Source: Octopus bimaculoides
Lineage: Eukaryota
NCBI RefSeq assembly: GCF_001194135.2
Contig: NC_068992.1
Location: 63,345,821-63,404,150, forward strand
DNA: 58,330 nucleotides
Direction of reading: 5' to 3'
The notes under the pieces: model-generated
Databases searched by the model: none
What the model was told of the DNA's origin: nothing
Seen by the model: the letters and a program-made list of their open reading frames with translations, nothing else
In this document: piece after piece, positions 25,936 through 37,603 of the stretch
Layout: the number at the start of each line of letters is the position of its first letter
How positions within the stretch are numbered: position 1 is the stretch's first letter
Made by a program: the position numbers and the translations under genes

Positions 25936-26948
25936 TGTTTATTAGAGTGAGTTAAATCATTTGTGGCCAGTGCTGATGACATATATATATATATATAAGA
26001 ATAAGAAAGAGAGATGACAAAAGAATAAATGATTATTTTATGGGCTTCATTAGCTTACAGCTGTTTCTGCTGTAAGATGTAGTGAACTCGTAGTTGAGTG
26101 CCTAAATAACACCTTGTAGCTTCATTGGTGCCTTGAATATGAAGTTCAATTTATTTGGGAATGATTTACAGGGCCTAAGGAAATACATAGGGAGCAGTAA
26201 TGATACTTAGCCTATATGAATTAGAACCACATATCATTTAACATCCGCCTTCTATGCTGGCATGGGTGGGACTGTTTGGCAAGAGCCTGCAAGGGACTTC
26301 TGTAACTGTTTTGGCAGGTTTTTACTGCTGGATGCCCTTCCTAACAACAACCATTCTGCAGATTGGTTTCAAATTTTGACACAAGGACAGCAACCTCTGG
26401 GGAAGAGGCAAATCAACCACATCAACCCCAGTATGCAACTGGTACTTATTTTATCGACCCCAAAAAGATGAATGGCAAAGTCAACTTTGGTGGCATTTGA
26501 ACTCAGAAAGTAAAGACAATCAAAATGCTGCTAAGCATTTTGCCCAGTATGGTAATGATTCCACCAGCTCGCAGTCTTTAGAATTATATATATTGATATG
26601 TAGGATATTTACACTAGAACCATATATAGTTTATAGAACTGCATATTCATATATAGTTCTACATACCATATTTTCTGGCATACAAAGTCATATTTTTCAG
26701 ACCAAAATTTACCATCAAAAAAGGGTAGGTCGACTTAGATACCAACATGACTTTGGAGAACCAAAAATTCCACATGAAAATGCTTTCAAATTTGCACAGA
26801 TAGAAATGATGTTTGAATGTTCACACTACATATTTACACTGGATACTAATGTTGACTTGTATGACAGAAAATCTAGTATTCTAATATACATGCATACCTA
26901 TTTGCTCTGTGATGTGTTTAACATAATTTGTCATTTATTATGTTTAAG

Positions 26949-27066
26949 ATTGAAGAAAAGAATTGAAAAAAAGAGAATTCGTGAAGAAAAATCAACTCTA
27001 AAAGAAGAAGCTAAACAGAAGCTTAAAGAAAAGAAGAAAGTGAAGAAAAGCTCCAGCAAATCTGAT
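26949..27066 (+). CDS. NOP2: NOP2 exon 3 (LKKRIEKKRIREEKSTLKEEAKQKLKEKKKVKKSSSKSD)
   Basis: Acceptor gtttaag and donor gtaagt; phase 2 to 0. Lysine-rich. Confidence 0.88.
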
Positions 27067-27675
27067 GTAAGTTCTGGATTTGTTGTTTAATTGGTTATTA
27101 TCGGTGCAGTCATGCATATTTGTCCTAAATTGGACTTGTGGGACGTCAGTAAGTCTGCAACAAACATGGATGTCTTCTCTCTATAAATCTTTGCTTGCAA
27201 AGCCAAGGCAAGAGGGAGATCTGTGGTTCTCGGGTTTCTTGATTTCATGGTTCACTGAAGATCAAGCATGGCTGTGTGACTAAGAATTTTGCTCCCTAAT
27301 TAGTCCCACTAGAAAGCAGTGTCTTGGGCAAATGTCTTCCACTCTAATAGCCCCCAAAGCTGACCACAAAGGCTTGTGAGTGGATTTGATGGACAGAGAC
27401 TGAAAGAGGCGTAGCAAAATCATGATGGTCACTGAGAAGAAAAATTGTAAAAGATTAGCTCCATGAAGACACTGTTATCAACTGTCTACCTAGTGCCATA
27501 CTTATGGTTTTGCTACATTCTGGATATAAGTATGTGTGTATATATGTATACATATATATATAAGTGTGTATATGTATATATATATATATGTATTTTTATG
27601 TAGAAGGTTGAAAAATAACACAGGAGTTTATATATATATATATATAGAAAAAAGTCAAGGTAGAAAATGCTAAAG

Positions 27676-28493
27676 TAATTTTATAAAAAACATTTCAGTA
27701 CCGGTTTCGGTCATTGAGACTTTTTCAACTGTAAGTATGGAAAACAATTGAATTTTGGAAAAATTAAAAGAAAAGTTTTTTAAAAGAATATTTGCATAGT
27801 ATTCAAATACAGGGGGCATTTTCCTTGTTTCTGCCTGTCTCTGTCTCTCTTGTTTACTCTTGTGTGTTCGAGGTCATTGTAAATTCTTGGCAGAGAAGAA
27901 GAAGAACACAGATGCAAATATTAAAAATGATACATTCAAGAGATACCCAAGAATTCATTAAAAAGACAGTTCCAATCACTACTATAATCCGCAATGAGCC
28001 ACTTTTAGGTCGCTTGACCATTTAACATCCCACTACTATCATACCACCTGCATTCCCTTATTATTCTCTCTTCTCTTTCTCCTTCATCTTCTTCCTCTCC
28101 ACCACCACCTTCCTTACTTTGCTACCATTGCTGTTTAGAATAACACTTACGCAAATATTATAAACAATACATTCAAAAGAGATGTCTCATGAATTCAATC
28201 CCTACTACCATCCACAACAAGTCACTTTCAGGGCACTTGACCATTTAACATCCTACTACTATCATACCACTCCTGCATTCTCCTCCTCCTCCCTCTTCTC
28301 TGCCAAGAATTCACAACGACCTCGAATCCACAAGAGAGACAGAGACAGGCAGAAACAAGGAAAATGCCCCCTGTATTTGAATACTATGCAAATATTCTTG
28401 TAAAAAACTTTTCTTTTAATTGTTTTCCATGCTTACAGTTGAAAGAGACTCAATGACTGAAACCGGTACTGAAATGTTTTTTTTATAAAATTA
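27676..28493. repeat. Long inverted repeat in NOP2 intron 3 (arms about 27676-27899 and 28294-28493)
   Basis: The arms are clear reverse complements, e.g. gcatagtattcaaatacagggggcattttccttgtttctgcctgtctctgtctctc versus gagagacagagacaggcagaaacaaggaaaatgccccctgtatttgaatactatgc. Confidence 0.92.
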
Positions 28494-29009
28494 TATACTT
28501 GTGTGGCTGGCCCTTGTGCCGGTGGCATGTAAAAGCACCCACTACACTCTCGGAGTGGTTGGCGTTAGGAAGGGTAGCCTTCTGGCTTACCAGTCCTCAG
28601 TCAAATCGTCCAACCCATGCTAGCATGGAAAGCGGACATTAAACGATGATGATGATATATATATATATATATATATGTACATATATAGATAAAACTTACT
28701 TGGAAATAATAATATAGATATATATGCATATATATACATACATATGTGCATACTTAATCTTTTCTAATAAATTCTTCTGAATTATCCTTATTTTTAATTT
28801 TTCAAATTGTAAAGGTAATTTATGGACACCCTGTATATGTGTGTGTACATGTAGATATGTGTGTGCTTATATATATATATATGTATGTATGTATGTGTGT
28901 GTGTGTGTGTGTGTAATCAGAGAAATATCTTTTTTCTTTTAATGTAGATGAGGCAATGTTTTTCTTTGTCTTCCTTTCTTTATTTGTCTTATTTTATTCT
29001 GTAATACAG

Positions 29010-29291
29010 GAGGAATCCCCTTCAGTAAACAAGGCTGAGGAAACCCTTAGTCCCGAGCCTAAGCGCAAACCCCTTTTTGATGCTGACAGTGATGACAGTG
29101 AACTCCCAGATGACGAGATTCCTGGTATCAGCAGTGGTGATGAGGAAGAAGAAGAAGAAGAAGAAAAAGGTGGAGATACGGAAGATGATGATGATGATGA
29201 TGGGGAAGACGATGGTGATGCAGAAGAGGCTGATGGTACCAGTGATGAAGACGATGATGATACTGGTGATGATGATGATGATGATGATGAT
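29010..29291 (+). CDS. NOP2: NOP2 exon 4 (acidic D/E-rich region)
   Basis: Acceptor taatacag and donor gtaagt; phase 0 to 0. KRKPLFD followed by poly-E and poly-D. Confidence 0.9.
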
Positions 29292-32200
29292 GTAAGTTTG
29301 AATTTAAAGTCTCTGCTACTTTATTTTGTTTTTGTTGTAATCTGATGAGGGAGAGTTGATATATATGTAGTCCACTCTGCTGGGTGGTTGGTGTTAGGAA
29401 GGGCATCCAGCTGTAAAAACCCTGCCAAAACACACACAGTAGCTTGGGGGAGTCTTCTGCCTAACCCATGCCTGCATGAAAGGCAGACGGTAAATGATGA
29501 TGATGATATTTATGTATACTCTTTTACTTGTTTCAGTCATTTGACTGCAGCCATACTGGAGCACTGCCTTTAGTCAAACAAATCGACCCCAGGACTTATT
29601 CACTGTAAGCCTAATACTTAATCTATTGGCCTCTTTTGCTGAACCACTAAGTTACAGGGACGTAAACACACCGGCATCAGTTGCCAAGTGATGGTGGGGG
29701 GACAAACACACATATATATATGATGGGCTTCTTTCTGTTTCCATTGACCAAATCCACTCACAAGGCTTTGGTCAGCCTGAGGCATAGTAGAAGACACTTG
29801 CCCAAGGTGCCACACAGTGGGACTGAACCATGGACCAGGTGGTTGGTAAGCAAGCTACTTATCACACAGCCACTCTTGCACCTACGTTATATATATACAT
29901 ATATATAAAAACAATTGCAGCTTGAAAGGTGTTTATAAGCCATTTAAAAGCACACAAAAACCATTAGATTCACTTCAACATTTAAATTTAATTTGTCAAA
30001 ATATTTTCATTGCTTTGAGACCACAACCTATTCACTGAGAAAATTCAGTGCTGCAATTGTTTNNNNNNNNNNNNNNNNNNNNNNNNNNNNNNNNNNNNNN
30101 NNNNNNNNNNNNNNNNNNNNNNNNNNNNNNNNNNNNNNNNNNNNNNNNNNNNNNNNNNNNNNNNNNNNNNNNNNNNNNNNNNNNNNNNNNNNNNNNNNNN
30201 NNNNNNNNNNNNNNNNNNNNNNNNNNNNNNNNNNNNNNNNNNNNNNNNNNNNNNNNNNNNNNNNNNNNNNNNNNNNNNNNNNNNNNNNNNNNNNNNNNNN
30301 NNNNNNNNNNNNNNNNNNNNNNNNNNNNNNNNNNNNNNNNNNNNNNNNNNNNNNNNNNNNNNNNNNNNNNNNNNNNNNNNNNNNNNNNNNNNNNNNNNNN
30401 NNNNNNNNNNNNNNNNNNNNNNNNNNNNNNNNNNNNNNNNNNNNNNNNNNNNNNNNNNNNNNNNNNNNNNNNNNNNNNNNNNNNNNNNNNNNNNNNNNNN
30501 NNNNNNNNNNNNNNNNNNNNNNNNNNNNNNNNNNNNNNNNNNNNNNNNNNNNNNNNNNNNNNNNNNNNNNNNNNNNNNNNNNNNNNNGGGAGATAGAGAA
30601 CGGGAGCAATGTGTATGTTGTTACAGATTATGTATGTGTGGTCGTGTGTGTTTTTACGTATCAATGTTATGAAAAATAGGTAAAGAATACTGAGAAGAAA
30701 GTTTAATCTATGACGTTGTATGTATCACTTTCTCTCTCTGTTGAGCGCGTGTGTAAGAACGCTGTCCCAGGTAGAAGGGAAGAAATATAAAAGTTGCTAG
30801 AAACAACAGCCAAATCTCCCTTAAATCACACAAAGTAAACGGTATTTTAAAAATCTAATTACTGCACTGGAAAGTTCAGATCGAGAAAATTCCATTGATG
30901 TAAAAATGTTAACGAAAAAGTGGAAAATGTGGATTTATATAAACTTTTAAAAAGGCTTCACACAGACACACAACTTCTGCTTTATATATTAAGATATATA
31001 TATATATATTATATATACATTCTCCTTAACTTTATAGAACTCAGTCCACTTATAAACAGATGTGTTTCCTTGCAATCAAAATGCCCTTAAATCACACCTA
31101 TAGTATTTTCCATCTTCCTTGAATATCATCTGTCTCACATTCACCTCATGCTTTATGTCTGCCTCTTTCATCATCTCTCGTACACCATTTACTAAATATC
31201 TAATAGAGGAAACAATTCCGAATGATTCTGAAGAACTTTTTAATCAATCAGCCTTGCTGGTGCTTTTGTTAATATAGCTTACCCTTTAGCTTGTAAACTG
31301 GCCAAATCTGGCCCAAATATTCTACCTTTCTGTCATGTTCAGGCTGATCAGATCCAACCTCTTACACCTATCCTACAATGTCATTAAAAAAATAATCAGT
31401 CCCAACATTGGAATCTCAAAGTTACAAGATAATGCATGATTAATTCAAAACAATACATATACATTAGATTTGACAGAGTAATGTGAATGCTCTAAGGTTA
31501 ATCTGTGTTAATCTGTGTTAATCTTAGTTGTCAATAGCAGCTGGTGATTATGTATTTCTCTCTGCAAGGTGACCAGCCATAAAAGAAAGCTATATACCAT
31601 ATAGAATGAGCTGATTCATCACAGCTGTTTGGATTCAGATGGTTTGTCACTGCTGACTGGACAGTGAACCTATTTTGGCAACAATAGTTATTGACTGCAC
31701 ACATACAGAGAAATATGCACATACAGATTGGGAGATAGAAACATTACAATTTATTGATTGGACATGACTAATACAAACACTCTGTCTCTTCATGAAGAGA
31801 AATATAACCTTGTTACCAGTTCAAATATGCTTGGAGCATATTCAAACCCATAAAAAATCTGCTGTATTTTGTCATGGAGAAAATGTTTTGCTGTATGTAA
31901 ATATGCTAAGTCAGTTTGAAGCGCCCCCTAACCAGACTGATGGATGTATGCATTTCAGGGCAGTTATCTTCTCTTCGGTATCAGTTACTGAGAAGGGGAA
32001 CACTACAAAGTGACAAGATACTATGGATATCTCTTATTGTATTCCCATCATTGTGCTGTAACTGGTTGTGCTAATCGGTGGCTCACCATGAGTAAACTAT
32101 GGTGTTGATGTGCTAAGCATTGAGGTGTATAAATACAGGCTTGTTCTTAGTTTGTGTTGATCTGCTCACACACATAACCAAAGAGGGAGAGAATGAGAAA

Positions 32201-32555
32201 AGCATATAATGTCTGATGTCAAATAAATTAGCATCAAACGAGTAATGCCAGTTAAGCAATGCCAAAACAGCTCTGCCAAAATGTTTCAGACTCCCATATT
32301 AAAATGATTTGATGTTGTATGCAGGCCCTAGGGATGTACTGGCAACTTTACTAGTGCTTCAGACCTTAATGTGCATTCAGTACATGTTGTAAAGAGGCTG
32401 GCATTAGGAAGGGCATCCAGCTATAGAAACTATTAGAATGATCTGATGGTGTATGCAAGTGCGTAGCATTTCACTTTTTTGACCTAACATCTAACAAATC
32501 GTACATTTACTTAATTGTTCATTTTTGTTTATTTATTTGTTATTTAAAACACCAG

Positions 32556-32611
32556 TTGCTTCCCATAGAGAAGAAATCTGCAAAAATACGGAAGAAAGAA
32601 AAACGAGATGC
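32556..32611 (+). CDS. NOP2: NOP2 exon 5 (LLPIEKKSAKIRKKEKRDA)
   Basis: Conserved LLPIE motif; acceptor accag and donor gtaagt; phase 0 to 2. Confidence 0.92.
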
Positions 32612-33738
32612 GTAAGTTTATTTGCTATTGTCATGTGGTTCTTTGTTTATTATATGTGGTGAGGGGAGAATTCTTGAAATATTGAGTGGAGAGATGTAAA
32701 ACAAAATCTTTTCCCTTTTCGTTTTTCCATTTTCCAAGTGGGCATGGGTTGGACAGCTTAACAAGAGCTAGCAAGGCCAGGGGATGCCCCAGGTTCTATG
32801 GGCTGTTTTGGCAGCGTTTCTGCAGCTGGATGCCCTTCCTAACGCTGCCAACCATTTTACTGAGTTTACTCGGTGCTTTTTATGTGGCACCATTACCAAT
32901 GCGTTTTTACATGGCACAATTACCAGTGCGTTTTATGTGGCACCATCACCAGTGCTTTTTATGCAGCACCATCGCCACTATTTATCTCTCCGCACCCACA
33001 ACTGATTCTTTCATACTCTCTTCCCTAAATGTGAGTAGCCATGTTGCTCCTAATGCAAGAACCTGCTCTGCCCCACCCTCTTGTCCCTTACTTCAACCCT
33101 CATTTTCAAGCATACAGCTGCTTCCATCTCACCCCAGTTTTAGAAGTCTTACTAGTTACATAGCAACTTTACTAGTGTCTGTGACCGTAAGGAGCCCCCA
33201 GTGCATGTTGTAAAGAGGTTGGCATTAGGAAGGGCATCCAGCCATAGTAAAAAAAATGAGGTAAAGACACCCCCCCTTTGGTCATGGATGACCATCAGAT
33301 TGCACCTAGAAAGTTGCTCTCTGAGGCACAAGTCTAGGCAAGGTTGTTTATGGAAGACCAGCAGTCATCCATGCATACCAGCCTCCCATCTCCACGCCAC
33401 TGATGTTATCCAAAGGAAAAGTAAAGGTCAATAAAGTTTGGCACCAGTGACATGGCAACTCAATTCTACAGCTGAATGAATCGGAACGTGAAAATAAAGT
33501 GTCTTGCTCAAGAACACTTGATCCAGGAATTGAACTCACGACCTTATGATTGTGAGCCTTAGGCTCTAACCACTGAGGCATCTAGCCATAGAAACCATCC
33601 CAAAGTAGACATCAGTGCACAATGCCATCCTTTGGCCCATCAGATCCTGTCAAACCCTTCCAACCCATGCCAGCATGGAAGAAGGACGTTAATGTCAATG
33701 CTTAGATTTCTTATCTTGTATACGTATTTTCTTTTCAG

Positions 33739-33824
33739 TGAACTTGGTGAAGAGGAATTGATGTCCAGCATCAAAAAAACTGAAAAGTTTGTTCTGCCCT
33801 CTGGTCAAGAAATAGAAGCTGAAG
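33739..33824 (+). CDS. NOP2: NOP2 exon 6 (ELGEEELMSSIKKTEKFVLPSGQEIEAE)
   Basis: Conserved FVLP motif; acceptor cttttcag; ends at the U12 donor ATATCCTTT; phase 2 to 1. Confidence 0.92.
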
Positions 33825-36800
33825 ATATCCTTTTTTTGTCTATGTTCATATTTTCATTTCTCATATACTGATTTTATTAGTATACTTCATTTCAAAAGCA
33901 TGACAGATTAATTGTTTGTTTTCTCTGACCACCCATAGTCATTATACACTTCTGATGCGTCTAAAGTACCATTAACAGTTCTACATTATCTTGAATCAAT
34001 GTGTTGATGTTCATGTTTGGCAAAACCACTAGTGCTCTCAGTTCTGTGACCTGTAGTAACTATAGATAAAGGTAAACATTTAGCATTTTAACCAGCTACA
34101 TGCGGCCAAAATATTCTAGTTGTTTTTATGTTCAAATTGGCCAAGTCCAGCTTTGTACACCTACACTACAAATCATCCAAATCTCAAAGCTATGAGGTAA
34201 TGCATGATTAATTCAAAACTATGTGAATAAATAAGCTTTACATTTGACAGAAGAATTTGAATGCTAAAGATAACTGTAAGCTAAATAAACAAGGGATCTC
34301 TTAAAATTTTGGTATTGCTGCTAACAAGTGCAGCATAACGAATTCATGAAAACACAGTACATTATACCACCATTGGTCATGCATTGGATTAGACTAGTAG
34401 TCAGAGGAATTACAAGTTCCTGTTCATAATTTATTTTGATTTAAGGAAGTGCCAAGCTATCAGTTGCTGGAAAACCAGTGGTGCACCTGTATTTGTGTTA
34501 ATACTTTTGATGCCAACCTGCCAGAAATTGTCTCTAGTTCTGCGATGCAAAAACTTGCTCTTTTAAAGGAATTTTAATGAAAATTTTCCATTGAATTTGA
34601 TGTCTTTTATCTTTTACTTGTGTCAGTCATTGGACTGCAGCCATGCTGGGTCACTGCCTTGAAGAATTTTAGTCGAATAAATTGACTCTAGAACATACTT
34701 TTCAAGCCTGGTACTTATTCCATCATTCTATTTTGCTGAACCGCTAAGTTATGGGAACATAAACACACCAATACAAGTAGCCACAAGCAGTAGTGGTGGA
34801 CAAACACAAAGACACACATATGTACGACAGGCTTCTTTCAGTTTCCAGAACGATGTAGTTGGTAAGCAAGCTTTTTACCACACGGCCAACGCGCCTTGTT
34901 ATTTTTTCTCCCGCACCTAAGCTTAATAATGTCACAGTTTATTAAATTCCTTATTTTCAAAATTAAAACAGATGCATTGTATTCCACCAGAAATAATGTT
35001 TCTGAGAGTAAGGCTGTGCTGAGTAGCCTTCCTTGTTTTCTTATTACTTCCCTTTTTAATGTAATTGCGAGAAACGTCTATCGCCCACTCCGACTTCACT
35101 TACCTCTCCATTTGGTAGCCATGAGTGAAGGCGCGTAGCTTGGTGGTTAGGGTATTAGGCTGACGATCGTAAGATTCTGAGTTCAATTCCCGGCGGCAAG
35201 TTGTATCCTTGAGCAAGACAGTTTATTTCTGTATTTGAAAGGATCAGCCTTGTCACATTCTGTGTCACGCTAAATCTCCCTGAGAACTACATTAAGGGTA
35301 CGTGCGTCTGTGGAGTACTCATCCACTTGCACATTAATTTCACGAGCTGGCTGTTCTGTTGACCGCATCCACTGGAACTCTCTTGTTGTCATAACCGATG
35401 GAATGCCAGTTTTAGTAGTCGTGCCCACTCTCAGCCATTTTGTACCATCGTCAATTGACAGAATAATATGAATGCTAAAGAGTTAAAGCAGGAATTTGTA
35501 TCATGGAACTAAGGATCAGTCTTAAGTGGGCCCTTAAAAAGGGTTAATTGATCTCTGTCCAAAATTTTTTTTTTCAGTTTTTAATATTTTAATAGAAGTG
35601 CCTAATGCTGAAAGGGTTAACACTAATTGACCTATTAATATATAGGGTTCCTTACACCTGTTTTACCCCTTACTACCATGACAGTGTCTGAACATAAACA
35701 GTGGATATCTTCCTCTTTATCTGAAAGCAGCTCTGCACCCATCTGTCATGTCATTCTTATTGCAGTTCGTCTTAGTTTCTCTGCTCCTTTCCCTGCACTG
35801 CAGCGGCTGCTCTAGCCCTTTCTCTGATAGAGGAGGGTAGGTAAATGATGACCAATGCCAATTCAGTCATTTCTCTCTGACAGACTTGGGTTAATGGTTG
35901 AGCATAAATTCAACATTTTAAACCATGTTGTTAATTAGTCTCAAGTCAACTCTGATTAATAAGCAAGCTTTTGAGCCAAACGATTTCAGTTATGACCATC
36001 CAGTCTACTTTTTGCCCACAAGTACAGTGTACCTTGGAGTACATAGTTCATTATATTCATTAATAGAGTGTAGATTGAGGGAGATTTGACTGCTATTTCT
36101 AGCAGACCCATGACGACCGTTGTTCCTCTCTCATTGGTTTGTTTTGTATTTTCTCATTTTTATGTAGCCCCAAGTCAGCACTGATCGAGCTGACTTTGGA
36201 TCAAAGGTTTCCTAGCTGTGACCAACCAGTGGATTATCATCATTGTTTAACATCTGCTTTCCATACTGGCATGGGTTGGATGGTTTGACATGGAGCTGGC
36301 TAGCAGGGCAGTGTCTGGACTCCGACTGTCTGTTGTTGTATGGTTTCTATGGTTGGATGCCCTTCCCCAACACCATCCGCTTAACAGTGCGCTGGGCACA
36401 TTGTATATGCCACCGGCATGAGTGCATTTATGTAGCAGTGGCACGGGTGCTTTTTAAGTGGCACTAACACCTGAAGGGACAAGTCTGTATGTATGGCAGA
36501 CAGCGATTTTACTTAGCTTGACATGTCTTACCAAGTATAGCAAATCGCCACATCTTCTGATCTCTTGCCTTTTCTTCAATGAAGCCCAGCATCCACAGAT
36601 TCTTTCTTACCATTTAATCCCGCGTCTTTCTGAATCTAAGCAATATTCTTGAAGCCTATTATATTTGATAAGATGCTTCAGATATTGATAATGTGTATAT
36701 AAGTGATTACATTGGCCAATGTAGACTTTATTTAAACCAGCCATATCTGACCAAAATATTCTACCTGTTTGATGTTCAAACTAACCGTGTCTGGCCCCTC

Positions 36801-37090
36801 ACACCAATCCTACAATATTGTTCTAGAAATTAACAGTTATCTCACCAAAATCTCAAATCCATAAGTTAATGCATGATTAATTTAAAACAGTGTGAATAAA
36901 TAAGTGTTGCATTTAACAAAATAATTTGAATGCTAAAGAGTTAAGATGTGTGGTGTTTGAGGGACATTTGGCTACTATTTCTCTGAGGCCTAGCATAGAA
37001 GTTTCCTTGTTGACTCATCTTCTGTTTTGTGTTCTGTGACTGTGTAGACATCAGTTCTAAATTTTGGTTACTTTCCATAACTTTGCACAC
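33825..37090 (+). other. U12-type (minor spliceosome) AT-AC intron, NOP2 intron 6, 3266 nt
   Basis: 5' site ATATCCTTT at 33825, branch-site-like TTCCATAAC at 37073-37081 and terminal AC at 37089-37090. This junction restores the frame (GAA G|AA AAA TTA GTG CCA GAC CTG); the alternative AC at 37087-37088 gives a stop. Confidence 0.95.
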
Positions 37091-37184
37091 AAAAATTAGT
37101 GCCAGACCTGGTACTTATTCAGCACAGAATACGAGAAGTTATTCATGTTTTGGCAAATTTCAAAGAGAGACGACAGGAAGATAC
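37091..37184 (+). CDS. NOP2: NOP2 exon 7 (KLVPDLVLIQHRIREVIHVLANFKERRQED)
   Basis: Resembles human PDLQRVHKRIQDIVGILRDF; preceded by an AC acceptor; donor gtaagt; phase 1 to 2. Confidence 0.93.
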
Positions 37185-37500
37185 GTAAGTAAAGAATATT
37201 TTCTTTGTTTATTTTTTTACTTTTGTTGTATAGTGAAACTACACTCCTCCTGGTAAGAAGTGGTAGTAGCCACCCATTATAAATAGCCCAGTTGCAGGTC
37301 AGAAGGTTGAGAGTACGTGTCGACTGTTGATAGTTGTGTTTGTGTTGATATAGTAATTATACCGTGATACTGAGTGGATGTTATACTCTATTTGTGTCAT
37401 CATTCACCCTTTGTCTCTGTCATCATTCACCCTTTGTCATCACTCATCACTGTCCATATTCAAGTTACTAACCTACTTTATTCATTCTCTTTCTTTTCAG

Positions 37501-37603
37501 GCCTCGATGTGAATATATGGCAAGATTGAGGAAAGACTTATGTAAATATTATAATTATAATGAATATCTTATGATGAAATTGATGGAGATCTTCCCATAT
37601 CAG
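37501..37603 (+). CDS. NOP2: NOP2 exon 8 (PRCEYMARLRKDLCKYYNYNEYLMMKLMEIFPYQ)
   Basis: Acceptor cttttcag and donor gtaact; phase 2 to 0. Confidence 0.95.

Noticed and set aside
26497-26948. 5' part of the 197-aa ORF 26497-27090
   Set aside because: It begins inside an inverted SINE copy and intron sequence. Only 26949-27066 is a NOP2 exon.
31023-31037. Perfect U12 branch consensus followed by AG (TCCTTAACTTTATAG) in NOP2 intron 4
   Set aside because: The intron 4 donor is U2-type gtaagt, no RTATCCTT donor lies upstream, and no coding exon follows.
31530-31690. Hairpin (TCACTG/CAGTGA) followed by ACA, with an upstream ANANNA, resembling an H/ACA snoRNA
   Set aside because: The lower stem and the 14-16 nt pocket-to-ACA spacing are not satisfied.
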